A DNA stretch of 64,000 bases from Utricularia gibba. Taxonomy: Eukaryota > Plantae > Magnoliophyta. Within the stretch, counting starts at the first letter, position 1, and each line of letters starts with the position of its first letter. Made by a program: the position numbers and the translations under genes. Below the pieces are notes generated by a model. The model was not told the origin of the DNA. It saw only the letters and a program-made list of their open reading frames with translations, and searched no databases. Below are positions 14,495 to 28,800 of this stretch, in pieces. The DNA lies in the NCBI GenBank assembly GCA_002189035.1, contig NEEC01000008.1:2976001-3040000 (forward strand). The letters are read 5' to 3'.

Positions 14495-16461
14495 ATGACA
14501 TTCAAACCTGAAACATTTTTGCATTCAGTTGCCTCTACAGCTTTGAACATCAGTGAAATGGACCGGAAGAACAATATAAACCTCAAGAACTGTGGGCCGG
14601 GAAAGTTGAATCTTCAAGCCTCGCTTTCATTCAAGAGCCTCGTTGAAGCCAATTATCAGGAAACTGAAAATGAACCAGAGAGTCAAGAAAAGAAGTCACT
14701 TTTCAGTGAATTTGAATTCATGTTTCCTAAAACACCTGTTAGCAAGCTCAACGAGGCAGCAGTGACGCTTCAGAAGGTGTACAAGAGCTACCGAACTCGA
14801 AGAAACCTTGCAGATTGTGCTGTTGTTGTCGAGGAGCTATGGTTGGTATTCAGCAATATTTATTTCATTGATCTTCACTTTTTATGCTTAGCTTATCTAA
14901 GTGGCTATGTGTAGGTGGAAAGCCTTGGATTTTGCTGCTCTCGAACGAAGCTCTGTGAAATTTTTTGATCGTGAGAAGCCCGAGAGTGTCATTTCACGGT
15001 GGACTAGAGCTCGAACTAGAGCAGCGAAGGTAGATAAGAAGCTTCAAGTGCTAGAGTCTTTTCCCTTTCTTGTGTAATATCATAATTTCAAACCTGCAAA
15101 TGCAGCTTGGCAAGGGGTTGTCTGAGAATGAAAAGGCTCAAAAACTGGCTCTTCGGCATTGGCTTGAAGCAGTAAGTATCGCGTGGCATAATCATCAAGT
15201 TATCTTAATGATTTTCACTTGTTCCTCATAGCGTACTGGTGGTATGCAGATTGATCCAAGGCATCGATATGGGCACAATTTGCATTTCTATTATGACATA
15301 TGGTTCAAATGCGAAAGCTCACAGCCCTTCTTTTACTGGTGAGCCTCATGAGTAACCTATTCAATGATCTATCTCTTTGTTTTCTAGCACTCATGTTGTC
15401 GTATGTTCTTTCATATAGGCTGGATGTTGGAGATGGGAAAGAACTAAATCTTGAGAAATGTCCGAGGATCGTTTTGCAACGGCAATGCATCAAATACTTG
15501 GGACCAGTAAGTGCTTACGAGCATCTGTATGAAGTTTGTACTCATTGATGCTTTTGTGATCGTATATCGATGTATTCATGTTTTCAACAGAAAGAGCGAG
15601 AAGAGTATGAGGTTGTCGTTGACAATGGGAAGCTCGTATTCAGACACACCGGAGAATTAGTGGATACAGTCCAGGGTTCAAAATGGATATTCGTTCTCAG
15701 CACGAGCAGAACTTTGTACGTGGGAAAGAAGAAAAAAGGCTTGTTTCAGCATTCTAGTTTCTTAGCTGGGGCAGCGATAATCGCCGCCGGAAGATTGGTT
15801 GTTCACCGGGGCATTCTTGAGGCAAGCATCAACCTTCAATTCGAACTCCATTACTGTGCAATAGCCTTGTACAAGGGAATCACAAGTTTCATCTTTCTTT
15901 TACAGGCAATGTGGCCTTACAGTGGTCATTATCTCCCAACTGAAGAGAACTTCAAAGAGTTCATACAGTTCCTGGAGGACAATTTTGTTGATATCACACA
16001 TGTACAGGTACATCTCTGACTTAACAAATCTGTCATAGTTCATAAACTCACCACCCTATCTGTTTCAGAAATGTGCAACTGATGATGATCGCCCCCCATC
16101 TGAGGACAGCAGCATTTCAAGAGGCTCATCAGAGAGAACTGTTCATAAACCAGAACAAAGCGTCAGCGACGAACAAAAGCCACAAGCCCCATCTTTCGAA
16201 GAGCCCATGTACTCCATGGCGAAGCAGATGTCTCGCAAATGGAGCACCGGCGTAGGGCCGAGGATTGGTTGTGTTAGAGAGTACCCCACAAAGCTACAAT
16301 TCCAGGCGCTCGAACAAGTTAACCTGTCGCCAAGGTTGGCCATCGGAGCTCCGGCAAGCTACGGCCCGATCCCTTCGCCACGGCCGAGCCCGCGAATCCT
16401 AGTCTCGCCGAAGCTTGCGTACATGGGATTGCCGAGCCCGCGTAACCACGGAGTTAACTGA
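14495..16461 (+). CDS. IQM: IQ-motif calmodulin-binding protein of the IQM family
   Basis: [97 protein letters not shown]. The start codon choice is uncertain. Confidence 0.93.
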
Positions 16462-17106
16462 GAGATGGCGGCAAATGCCGGAACAGGCATAAGCTGCCGG
16501 AATTTAAGCTGTGTTATTGTTTATTTGTTTTATTTGTATTGAAATAAGAATAAATAAATGAATAAAATAACATGTGTTTTCTGTAAATTGGGCTTGACCC
16601 GCAAGTGAATGGGCCGGTCTGGTCTTCCGAAAGGGCTGTATATGGTAAGGCTCAATTAAGTTGGTAATCGTGGCCCAATGTGTTGTTGTTGGTATGAAAT
16701 AGAGGGAATATATTCCAACCAAGCCAAAAGCACTTCGTCCGTCACCTCCGCCTGTTTTCTGTGTGAGATCTCTTGAACCGAGCTGGGATTTCTCCCTCGG
16801 CTCTCGTTCTTCCATCCGCTTTTTCATTTCCTATTGCAGATTGTGAATTGGTTTCCTATTTGCATGGTTTTTTTGGTCAAGTTTTAGTTAGTGTGGTGTG
16901 TTCTGTAATTCTTTGACCAGTCCAGTGCTGCTAGGTTTGGGTGATTGCCTAGGCGTTTGAATTTTGGAAGCCAGAGTTAATTGGCATCTTAGGCTCATAT
17001 GTGTCGCAAGGTTTAAGGTGTTGGATTTTTTTCGTTGCTTTTCGCATTTTTCTCAGGATTTGGAACTGGGTGATTTTTTGATGTGTTCAGGTGTTATTTG
17101 ATCGCC

Positions 17107-18198
17107 ATGGGGACAGTGGCTCAGTTTCGCTATTGCCCTCTTTCTGGCCACTATTTCCGTGCCTCGGATTTTCGCCAGCCTATACTTGTCGATGTTTCAT
17201 TCCCTGGTAATGATGCCTTCCCATCATTGAAATCCGGGGCAAGTATTGCAGTTAGAAAGCGTCATTGTCAAACCGAATTCCTACAGCTGAAAGCTATAGG
17301 AGGTGGTGGTGTTAGGTCAGGGCATGGTGGTCATGGAGGGGATGGTGGCAGTGGAGGATGGAGTGGTAGGGGAGATTCTTCAGATGAAGCCAGGTCTTTT
17401 TGGGATTCATTTGGACCAATTGGAGCTTTTCTCAGTGGATGGAAATCACGGGTTGCGGCTGATCCGCAATTCCCATTCAAGGTATTGATGGAGGAGTTGG
17501 TAGGGGTTAGCGCTTGTGTACTTGGAGACATGGCTTCACGCCCCAATTTTGGCCTCAATGAGCTTGATTTCGTATTCTCTACACTCGTAGTCGGCTCCAT
17601 TTTGAATTTTGTGCTCATGTATCTACTGGCCCCTACAGTCTCTGCCTCAGTGCAAACCTTGCCTTCCATTTTTGCAAGTTGTCCCACAAGCCACATGTTT
17701 GAACCCGGAGCATATAGCCTGCTGAACAGGTTAGGGACATTTGTGTATAAAGGAACGGTTTTTGCTGCCGTGGGGTTTGCAGCTGGACTTGTTGGTACTG
17801 CTATTTCCAATGGACTTATAAAGATGCGGAGGAAGATGGATCCCAACTTTGAGACACCAAACAATCCTCCTCCAACCGTGCTAAATGCTGCTACATGGGC
17901 GCTCCACATGGGCCTCAGCAGTAACCTTAGATACCAGACTCTCAATGGGATTGAGTTCTTGTTGGCCAAGGGGCTCCCTCCCGTGCTCTTTAAGTCATCA
18001 GTTGTGGTTCTGAGATGCTTGAATAACATTCTTGGAGGAGTTTCTTTTGTTGTGTTGGCCAGGTTAACTGGATCTCAAAGTGCCAACACATCCATCGCAA
18101 ACACCCCACATGAGTACGAGTTGTGTGAAGAGAAGCAGAAATTGTTGGATGAAGCCGATAACTCGACATCCAGTGAGTCTCTCTCTGCATCCAAGTGA
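17107..18198 (+). CDS. RER3: RETICULATA-RELATED (DUF3411) plastid envelope protein, RER2/RER3-like; single exon
   Basis: Gly-rich tract, then GWKSRVAADPQFPFKVLMEELVGVSACVLGDMASRPNFGLNELDFVFSTLVVGS and NLRYQTLNGIE. An alternative upstream ATG lies at 17083. Confidence 0.92.
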   Translation: MGTVAQFRYCPLSGHYFRASDFRQPILVDVSFPGNDAFPSLKSGASIAVRKRHCQTEFLQLKAIGGGGVRSGHGGHGGDGGSGGWSGRGDSSDEARSFWDSFGPIGAFLSGWKSRVAADPQFPFKVLMEELVGVSACVLGDMASRPNFGLNELDFVFSTLVVGSILNFVLMYLLAPTVSASVQTLPSIFASCPTSHMFEPGAYSLLNRLGTFVYKGTVFAAVGFAAGLVGTAISNGLIKMRRKMDPNFETPNNPPPTVLNAATWALHMGLSSNLRYQTLNGIEFLLAKGLPPVLFKSSVVVLRCLNNILGGVSFVVLARLTGSQSANTSIANTPHEYELCEEKQKLLDEADNSTSSESLSASK

Positions 18199-18589
18199 TC
18201 CCGGCTACATGTTTATCTCCCTTTTGCTTCGCAGTTTATCCCTTTTCATAAAGCAGGAATGTGATTTCATCTATCTTGTCTGGTTCTTGCATGAATCACC
18301 AATACTTGGGATTGCTGGAGTATAAATCAGAATAACAATAGAGAATTTTACATTTTGTATTGTTGTAGCAGCATCCAAAACACTTGATGATTCCAGTTGT
18401 AGAGGAAAAAAAAGGTTACAGTAGTGTATAGGCAAGGTGTAGCATTCACCTTATTGTCGCTGTAGGCAAGCATAGAGCTGCACAATAATGATATGCTTAG
18501 GGGGTGTTTTATTTCAGGTACACAAACGGTCTGAATGTTCTGAATTAACTACATGCTGTTTTATTCTTTCGAAGTTCAAACAAATCATG

Positions 18590-18895
18590 TATTGCTTTGG
18601 TTGGCCGGGTGACAATTAGACCGGTTTAACTGCCCCAATTTCGATTTATTTTGAATCAAAATAATTTCAATCGAAATTTGAGATTTTTTAAATTATTAGA
18701 TTCATGCTATGAGTTTTGATATTATTTTTTTATATTTTTGAAATTTCTTTAAAATTTCGATTTTTAAAATGTAATTTGAAATTCAAAATTTTGAACACAT
18801 TTATTTATTTATTTAAAACAAGGACAAGTTAAACCGCCTGGTTTACTCCAAATCGAACCGGTGGCCGGTCCAACCATATGATTACGAAAACACTT
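18590..18895. mobile_element. Possible degenerate MITE-like element (ACCGG-rich ends, AT-rich core)
   Basis: CCGG/ACCGG-rich patches at about 18601..18630 and 18830..18894 (ending ...CCGGTCC...GAAAACACT) flank an AT-rich core. No clean TIR or TSD could be identified. Confidence 0.3.
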
Positions 18896-19495
18896 CGCAC
18901 TTAAGTTGAGGTCAGGTCAAGTAAGTTTCCACCCATGGCGGCAGGAATCTTTGGGAAGACGCAAAGAGCGTTAGTAGAAACCCCGTTTTTAGAGTGAATA
19001 CGTTTTCTGTGCGTGGAGGTGCGTCTTTCTCAGCTGGCTTGTGGCCCAACGGCAAAGGGGAGGATTTGTGAAAACTGAAAACGCACATTTGTTGATAGTT
19101 AATCTTCACCGAAAGTGTTTTGCAATTTGCAGCGTTAAAAAAAGGCAAAAACACGCAATTTCGCAGGGAGACGCCACCTAAGTATTCGGATTCTGGACAG
19201 GAGTTGAGAGAGAAAAACAGTTGGAAGCAGGAGGAGAGTTTATTAGTTTTTCCGTCTGGGTACTCAAAAGATAGAAATTTTCTTTGAATTTTTTTGGCAT
19301 CCTGCTTGATTTGGTTGAGGGCGTGGGCAGGATTTGGAGCTCAAGTGGCTAGTTGATTCAATCATCGGAAGGGAAAGAAAGGTTTCTCTTTTATTGAAGT
19401 TGGAAGTTGGGTTAGTTGCCTACGACTCATCTAGTGGAGTTGCTTCTTCTGAATGAGTTGAAAAGCAGGACATCGCGCCTTAGAAGTATTGGGTT

Positions 19496-22400
19496 ATGGT
19501 GAGAGCTTCTGCTGCCCTTAAGGATCCTTTCTCTTGTCTTTTTTTTTTCCCGCATCGCGTTAGGCTGGTTTTGATTTTGTTTCGTGACGGGCGATTGTTT
19601 ACAATCTATGTCAGGCTTATTCGAACCTATTTCGTTCATTTCTGATTTCAGAGAGAAATCAACATTTTGTGCATGTAGCTTGTATGTCACTGGGTTCAGT
19701 TTTGACGATTGTGCTTATGTTTAGTTTCTGAATTCTTCCTGTTTTTGTTTGATTTTCTTTCTGTCACGTAAATCACTTCTTCGCCCAAAAAGGTGGCGCC
19801 TATCAATAGTTGGTAATCGGCATTATTATAACCATCATGGTGAAGGATGAAAGGAGGTTTCTTATACCATGCCGTTGTTTTTTGTAGGCATCACCTGTAA
19901 ACATTATTGTTGGTTCCCATGTATGGATTGAGGATCCGGTCTTGGCATGGATCGATGGACAAGTAACTCGAATAAATGGCCAGGATGTTCATGTTTATAC
20001 TACTACTGGGAAGAAGGTAACATGAAAGCATGCATAGAAAACTTCCCTACTCTATTGTCTACTTTTTGGCCACATTTTTTCACTACTTTTTTTGTGCCAT
20101 AGTCAATAAGTTTGTTTGGAAATATTTCATAGAATTGCCCACTTTATTTTAGACTTCCCACATTGGATTTCAGTTTCTTTTTTTTTCGTTTTCGCATTTT
20201 CACATTGAGATATTGCTTACAATAATTTTTCATACTGTGATTAAAGTTTAGGGTCTTTGAACTTGTAGGTCGTTGTAAACATCTTGAAAATATACCCCAA
20301 GGATACTGAAGCACCTCCCGGAGGAGTAGATGACATGACAAAGCTTTCTTATCTGCATGAACCTGGAGTGCTTCAAAACCTGGCTACTAGATATGAACTG
20401 AATGAAATTTATGTAAGCTATCTGATGTCTCACATTCACATCTTTGAATTTTGGAATTTTTGCTTTTTGTCTAATCCCTTTTTTCTTCAGACATATACAG
20501 GAAATATTCTGATTGCTGTAAACCCATTTCAAAGGTTACCTCATCTTTATGACACTCACATGATGGAACAATACAAAGGAGCTGCCTTAGGCGAGCTAAG
20601 TCCTCATGTGTTTGCAATTGCTGATGTTGCATACAGGTGATAGTAGGATATAAGAAATAATAGATTATGAATATCTTAGAGGCTGGGGATAGATTGATAG
20701 TGGTTGGAGATATCTATTTCTGACGTCTTATTATTTGCAAATCAGAGCAATGCTAAATGAGGGGAAGAGCAATGCAATTTTGGTTAGCGGTGAAAGTGGA
20801 GCTGGTAAGACCGAGACCACGAAAATGCTGATGAGATATCTCGCACATTTAGGTGGTCGTTCTGGAGTGGAAGGAAGGACTGTGGAGCAACAAGTTCTAG
20901 AGGTTATATTTTTGTTGAAATGATTGAACTTCGAAAAAAATCTTTTTGCAGATCTTTTTCTTTCTCGCTCTCTTCTATTCAATCTTGTAAGCATATACTC
21001 AAGGCAGAATCTAACAATCTGAAGTTTTGGGTACAGTCAAATCCTGTTCTTGAAGCATTTGGAAATGCCAAAACTGTCAGGAATAATAACTCAAGGTCAG
21101 TATAATTTGTGCTTAGCAATTAAATCATCGTTCATTTTTTCCAAAATGTTAGATACATCAATCGTAAAAGCATTATGAATGATGGTTTTGCAGTCGGTTT
21201 GGTAAATTTGTTGAAATACAATTTGATAAACATGGGAGGATCTCGGGGGCTGCTATTAGAACCTATCTTCTGGAGAGATCTCGTGTTTGCCAGATTTCAT
21301 TTCCTGAGAGAAACTACCACTGCTTTTATCTCTTGTGTGCGGCACCTGCAGAAGTAATCGTTATTTCTCAGTCATGCATCATACCTGAAGGGGCATGATG
21401 TTTTCAGAATATTCATGAATACTCCGATCATTTCAGGAAAGGGAGAAGTATAAGCTTGGAAACCCTGAATCATTTCATTACCTTAACCAGTCAAGTTGTT
21501 ACCAACTAGATGGTGTAGATGATTCTGAGGAATACCTTGCTACCAGAAGAGCTATGGACATTGTCGGCATTAGTGATGAAGAGCAGGTTATCATTCCCAT
21601 GAAAGCCACACACGATTTCTCATATCTCATCTAAAATGTTAGCATTGTTATTTGATATTCTTGTTACTGACACATGCAAAATCAGGAGTCAATATTCAGA
21701 GTTGTTGCTGCAATTCTTCATCTGGGTAATATTGAGTTCGCGAAGGGAGAGGAGATTGATTCTTCGGTGATTAAGAATGAGAAGTCTAGGTTTCATATGA
21801 ATACAGCCGCTGAATTGCTCAGGTATGAATTGTATTTTTGTCATGATGTTTCAAATTTCATTAGATGGAACTTTGAGCTGTTTTGATCCAATAGGTGTGA
21901 TTCCAAGAGCTTGGAAAATGCATTGATTGAGCGTGTAATGGTGACTCCTGAGGAAGTTATTACAAGGACTTTGGACCCAGAAGGTGCATTGGGAAGCAGG
22001 GATGCTTTGGCTAAAACTATATATTCTCGTTTATTTGATTGGTAAGAATTTAAATGTAGGAAGGATTCTGTAACAAGTTTTTCTTTGAATTTTTATTATC
22101 ATTCACAAAGTAGTGTTTAGTAGTGAAATCTTGGTGTTTCAGATTAGTTGCAGAGAATCTTTTTATCTGCTTTATCTGACTTCAGCATACTGCAAATATT
22201 CATGTATTAAACCGCTTGTCTCCTTTAACACCAGGATTGTGGAGAAAATAAATACATCTATTGGGCAGGATCCAAATTCAAAAGCAATAATTGGGGTTCT
22301 GGACATATATGGGTTTGAAAGTTTTAAGCAGAACAGGTTTGCTCTCAATCAGAAGTCATGCCTGCAGCATCCCATGTTTAAGAAAGCACCTCTGACATTC

Positions 22401-25400
22401 TTTTTTAAATTATTAGTTTTGAGCAGTTCTGCATTAACTTCACCAATGAAAAACTGCAACAGCATTTTAATCAGGTCATTCCCTTCTGCTGTGCCCCCAG
22501 TTGGCGCAAGATGTTTGATTGCTTGATATGCTAACTGATGTTATTGGCACAACTACAGCATGTATTTAAGATGGAGCAGGAAGAGTACGAAAAGGAAAAG
22601 ATAGAATGGAGCTATATAGAGTTTGTTGATAACCAAGATGTTCTTGATCTCATTGAGAAGGTCTCAATTTTTTCAGCTATCTAATAATTTGAAGATACCT
22701 GGAATTTCTCGTGAAATATGATTTCATTTTGTATTAAAAAAAACCCTTACGAATTTATGTTTCTAATTCATTTCATTTTTTCTATATGGCAGAAACCTGG
22801 GGAATAATTGCATTACTTGATGAAGCATGGTATTCCATCCTATGTTCTCTATCATTATTTACTTCTGGCATGCTGATTAGTCATCTCACATCAAAGATGA
22901 GGATTAAAGTTGTGGAATAAGCATTCTTGTTTGCATTATATCTATTTGTTGTCATCTGATCATCATTTTTATTTCCTTGTTGCAGTATGTTCCCCAAATC
23001 CACTCATGAGACATTTGCCCAGAAGTTATATCAGAGTTTTGCGAAGAATAAGCGTTTTATTAAACCCAAGCTATCTCGTACCAATTTCACTATTTGCCAC
23101 TATGCTGGGGAGGTGGGGCCATTTTACAGTTATTGCATGATGATGCAAAGAACAAAAGAATGGTGAAACAGTAGACCTTACATTAAATTAAGTAAATATT
23201 TTTGTACTTGTGCAGGTTACTTATATGGCAGATCTGTTCCTGGATAAGAACAAAGATTATGTTGTCGCAGAACATCAAGATTTATTGACAGCTTCTAAGT
23301 GCTCCTTTGTAGCCAATTTATTTCCCCCTCTACCTGAAGAATCATCTAAATCTTCCAAGTTTTCTTCAATAGGGACACGCTTTAAGGTTACATGCATTAT
23401 ATTCTGTGCTTGCCATGTGAACTGGACACTGCTCTGACCTATATTTTCATGCTTGCAGCAACAACTTCAATCTTTGATGGAGATTTTGAGTTCAACTGAA
23501 CCTCATTATATAAGATGTGTGAAACCAAATCATGCTTTGAAGCCGGCTATATTTGAGAATCTCAATGTCATTCAGCAGTTGAGATGCGGTGTAAGTATTT
23601 TTCTATCAATATGCTAGTTATTTGACTCTACCAACTGAGCTTTTTTCATGGTTTTTATTTCTCTCTTCTAGTCAAATTTATTTTACTTCCAATAATTCAT
23701 GCAGGGTGTCCTTGAGGCTATCAGAATTAGCTGTGCTGGTTACCCTACTAGACGGACTTTTGATGAATTTCTTCTTCGATTTGGCGTTCTTGCCCCCGAA
23801 GCTTTGGATGGGATGTAGGTTTTTTAGCTTCAGCTGAATGCACAAAGTGTCTGTTGTGGATGTTTTGTGCTGATGTGGTTGATATTCCTTCAATCTGAAA
23901 GAATTCCCTTTTTCTTCAGCCCCGATGACAAGGTTGCATGTCAGATGATTCTGAGCAAAATGGGATTGAAGGGCTATCAGGTTACATTTGCATGGTTCTT
24001 TAGTTCCTTGAATATCCATATGGCACTCATCAAGCTTACTTCTGTACAGACAAGCAACAGTTCTTGATGCATAATGGTGTCTTTCTAGTGGATCAAATCT
24101 TCTTCATGTTTACAGACAAGTGTATTTTCTTTGCTTTTCCTTTTTCATTTTCAGTTAGGTAGGAGAAAAGTCTTCCTACGAGCTGGTCAGATGGCTGATC
24201 TAGATGCCAGGAGAACTGAGGTCCTGGGGAACGCAGCAAGAACAATTCAAAGACAAGTCCGTACATACATTGGTCGGAAAGAGTTTGTTTCTCTGCGTCA
24301 AGCTGCAATCCAGTTGCAATCATGTTGGCGAGGTGATCCAAAATCCCTACCATTTTGGTCGACATGTCTGATAGTCATTTCTTAGTTTGTGAACATGACA
24401 CTCTTTGTAATAATTTTCTAGCTATATATGCATGCAAACTTTATGAGGAGCTGCGGTGTCAAGCTGCATCACTGAAGATTCAAAAGAACTACAGATGTCA
24501 TATAGCTCAGAAATCCTACCTTTCTGTGAAGATGTCTGCTATTATGGTTCAGACAGGCATGAGAGCAATGTCTGCTCGAAGTGAATTTAGGTTCAGAAAA
24601 CAGACAAAAGCAGCAACCTTTATTCAGGTTCTTGTTACTGAGATCTCAAGCTATTTGAAGTATTGATGAACTTTTACAATTTGGAATCTGTTATTATGAA
24701 ATCATTCATGTCATGTCTGGATCGTACAGGCGCATTGGCATTGTCACAAGGAGTTTTCTTATTATAGAAGTCTCCAGAAGGCTGCTCTTACCACACAATG
24801 TGGCTGGAGGCAACGGGTGGCACGAAGAGAGCTTCGAAAGCTAAAAATGGTTTGTTTGCATGGTTGATTATGATGTCTGAGGAATAAATCTTACTGCGTT
24901 TTGAGGAATTATTCTTTTTCAGGCTGCAAGGGAAACGGGAGCCCTGAAAGAAGCCAAAGACAAATTAGAGAAGAAGGTAGAGGAGCTTACTTGGCGGCTG
25001 CAATTTGAGAAGAGGGTGCGGGTAGGTATTTTTTAGCTAATTTGATTCAACTCATAGTTCCTTGAAATTGAATACGAAAATTTTTCTTGCTCCTCCTAAC
25101 TCCAGACGGAGCTGGAGGAAACAAAAGCACAAGAAATTGCAAAGTTGCAGGAGGCTTTGCACTCAATGCAAATACAGATTGAAGACGCAAATGCTAGAGT
25201 GTTAAAAGAAAGAGAGGCTGCGCGAAGGGCAATTGAAGAAGCCCCTCCAATAATCAAAGAAACCCCAATAATGGTTCAAGATACAGAAAAGATTGATGCA
25301 TTAACCCTTGAAGTTGAGAGTTTAAAGGTATAATCTTAAGTAGAATGCTCAGTGCAGAGTTTTTGAAATTTTTGACTTGTAGGTAGTCTTTGAGTTGCTT

Positions 25401-28400
25401 GCATCATCTAATAATGCATTCGGGTAGTAGGTTTATTTTTATCATGACGGAAGGGATTTTCTTGATTATGTTATTCACATCGTAGAGGACCTATGGTTCA
25501 AAAGTTTTAAAACTGTACCTACACAGTATTGTAACTATCTCAAGTCATTGCATAGGCTTCACTTCTATCAGAAAGTGAAGCTGCAGAAAATGCACGGAAG
25601 GCTTGTGTGGATGCTGAGGCTAGAAATGTGGAGTTATCAAAGAAACTAGAAGAGACAGAGGAGAAGGTGACGCAGCTCCAGTCTTCCATTCAGAGGTAAG
25701 TGGGCACTAGGAACTTGATGAATATCATCTTTGTCATCATTTCCTTCGAAAAGTATTTCTGTTTTTCTTTTGACGTTGGTGATTCTTGATCTCTCTGTTG
25801 TCTCTCAATCATGTATGTTATATTAAACCATTGATCCTCTTTCTTTCTTGATAATAAGTGAACAAAGAAAATTAATGGCTCCTTTAAGTGTTGAAATATT
25901 CCATAACCATATTAAAGATTTATTTGTGATATGTTTTAATTACATTTTCGTAGGCTGGAAGAGAAGCTATCAAACTCTGAGTCAGAGAACCAAGTACTCC
26001 GTCAACAAGCCCTCACCATGTCACCTACCGGGAAGGCTATACCTGCTCGACCTAGGACAACGATTATTCAAGTAATGTATTTAGTATTTTGTTGCTATTG
26101 CCTACTCGTTTAATGAATTTTTGATTGAGAGGTATTCATACGCATGAATATGCAGAGAACCCCCGAAAAAGCAATTATTCTGAATGGAGAAACAAAACCC
26201 ACACCAGTAAGGAAATATCGTTTTTTTAAATTTACTGTCATTTCCAGGATCCTTGTATTTATATCACACTGCGCATAGGGAATGGCCATCACTTCATTGA
26301 GTGCCAAGGAGCCAGAAGCTGAGGAGAAGGCCCAGAAGTCTCTTAATGATAAGCAGCAAGTATGTGGTGATGATTTCTTGCCCACGAACAAATAATGTCG
26401 CTTAGATATTTTCAGATTGTAGGAAAAAGCACATTTTATGTGTATTAAGGGCAACTGTTTGCGTTCCAGGAAAACCAGGACCTTCTGATTCAGTGTATTT
26501 CACAAGACTTGGGGTTTTCAGGTGGCAAACCTGTTGCAGCATACATTATTTACAAATGCCTTCTCCATTGGAGGTCATTTGAGGTTGAGAGGACTAGTGT
26601 ATTTGATAGGGTCATTGGAGCAATATCTTCATCCATTGAGGTAAAGTTTTAGTATAAATACAACTTATGTCTCAGTGTTATTGATCTCTTTTCAGTTCAT
26701 GTTGAACTTTTTTCTTGAACATTTTATTGTCATTTTGTAGTATCCTATTGATGATTCCGCTAAGCAATATTGTAGGGTGCTGAAAACAATGACATACTAG
26801 GATACTGGCTATGCAACACATCAACACTGTTAATGTTGCTTCAGCACACACTGAAAGCCAGTGGAGCAGCTAACTTGACTCCTCAGAGGAGAAGGTCATC
26901 TTCATCGTCACTCTTTGGGAGAATGTCCCAAGTATGTGATCTTTTAATCAAATTGGCCTTTCAATGGAGTTTTTTCTGCTCATGAAACCCCATGCCCATT
27001 TGTTTTCTAAATTCATTTCAAAATGCGCTTCTTGAAGGGGTTGAGAACATCTCCACAAAGTGCTGGACTTCCATTTCTTAATAGTCGGATGCTTGGTAGA
27101 CTTGATGATTTGCGTCAAGTTGAGGCCAAATATCCTGCTTTGCTGTTTAAGCAGCAGCTTACAGCTTTTCTAGAGAAGATATATGGAATGATAAGAGATA
27201 ATCTCAAAAAAGAAATTTCCCCTCTGCTCGGTCTGTGCATCCAAGTAAGTTTGGCAATTCTTTCTTGCTATTTGAAAGCTCCCTCTGTATGTTTTTTTTA
27301 TTATTAAAGGATGTATTTTATCATATTTTAACTATCCGAGGAACTTTTGAGTGTGACTGTTGGTGCTAGAACTTGAACTTCATGACACTATCTTCTTTAC
27401 ATTTTCTTACCGTCAGCTGCGTATCATGTCAATGCAGGCACCTAGAACATCCCGTACTACTTTAGTAAAGGGGCGGTCGCATGCAAATGCAGGTGCTCAA
27501 CATGCACTAATTGCTCATTGGCAGAGCATCGTGAGAAGTCTGGAAGCTTACATGAAGATAATGAAATCAAACTATGTAAGGAACAAATAGGATGGAAGTC
27601 ATCCTTTTCCCTTCTTATATTATCAGCTTCGTTTTTAACCTCAGTCGTACATTTCAGGTTCCTTCTTTTCTTATTCGAAAAGTTTTCTCTCAAATATTCT
27701 CATTTATCAATGTTCAACTTTTCAACAGGTAAATTCGACTTTATGGATGACTTGCCTTGTATTTTTCTATTCATTTTATCAACTTCTCTGTTTACATGAG
27801 ATTTTCATTTACTTATTCCAAAACTGTCAGTCTTCTTTTACGACGCGAGTGCTGCTCATTCAGCAATGGTGAGTATGTGAAAGCAGGACTGGCGGAATTG
27901 GAACAGTGGTGCTGCGATGCTACAGAGGAGGTAAGGTTTTATTCATCTGTGCCCTTTATGAGCACTAGATCGTATCGCTTCTAAATCTTCATGTATGCAG
28001 TATGTAGGCTTGGCTTGGGATGAATTGAAGCATATTAGGCAGGCCGTTGGGTTCTTGGTAAGAATGCTCTCTTTAGAATTAAGCCTCCCGGTTTGTTTTC
28101 CTTTGTGGCATTGCTAATAAGTGTTTATCACAGGTTATACATCAAAAACCCAAGAAGACCTTGAGTGAGATTACAGATGAACTATGCCCGGTATGAAAAA
28201 TTCCATGGACCATTTCTTATCACATTTTCTATAGTATTCTGTTAATGACTTGTGCTTCAATGCACATTTGCAGGTACTCAGCATACAGCAGTTGTACAGG
28301 ATTAGCACAATGTATTGGGATGATAAATACGGCACTCACAGTGTGTCTTCCAATGTCAGTATTTTTATCTTCTTGAATTTGGCTCATCAACCATAGGTAT

Positions 28401-28800
28401 CTTTATTGATCAGCTTCTTGTACTCACTGTTGTCTGGACAGGTCATTTCACGTATGAGAAGTATGATGACTTCTGATGCCAACAATGCCATAAGCAGTTC
28501 ATTTCTTCTGGATGATGACTCAAGGTACTAGTTCATTTCCTTATGAATGGAAACCTTTACAACTTTGAAACTGAAAACAATTTGCATGTTGATAAAATCT
28601 AGCATGTTGTGCCCAAATAACTTGGTGACTGATTTCTGAAAAGTAGGAGCTTATGATAACATGCACACCTTTGCAGCATCCCATTTTCGGTGGATGACCT
28701 CTCCAAATCCATGGAAACGGTGGAAGTAGCTCACATTGAGCCTCCCCCATTGATCCGAGAAAATTCTGGCTTCGTCTTTTTACACCAGCGGTCAGATTGA
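19496..28800 (+). CDS. Class XI myosin (XI-K / myosin-17-like), full length
   Basis: The first coding exon is ATG only (19496..19498). Motifs: [18 protein letters not shown]-loop [36 protein letters not shown] repeats, coiled coil, and a DIL tail ending [15 protein letters not shown]. The exons I traced were GT-AG and read in frame. Confidence 0.97.

Noticed and set aside
17331-18029. 232-aa antisense ORF
   Set aside because: Shadow of the RER coding strand. The same applies to 53735..54124 (FLZ) and 55865..56185 (PMEI).
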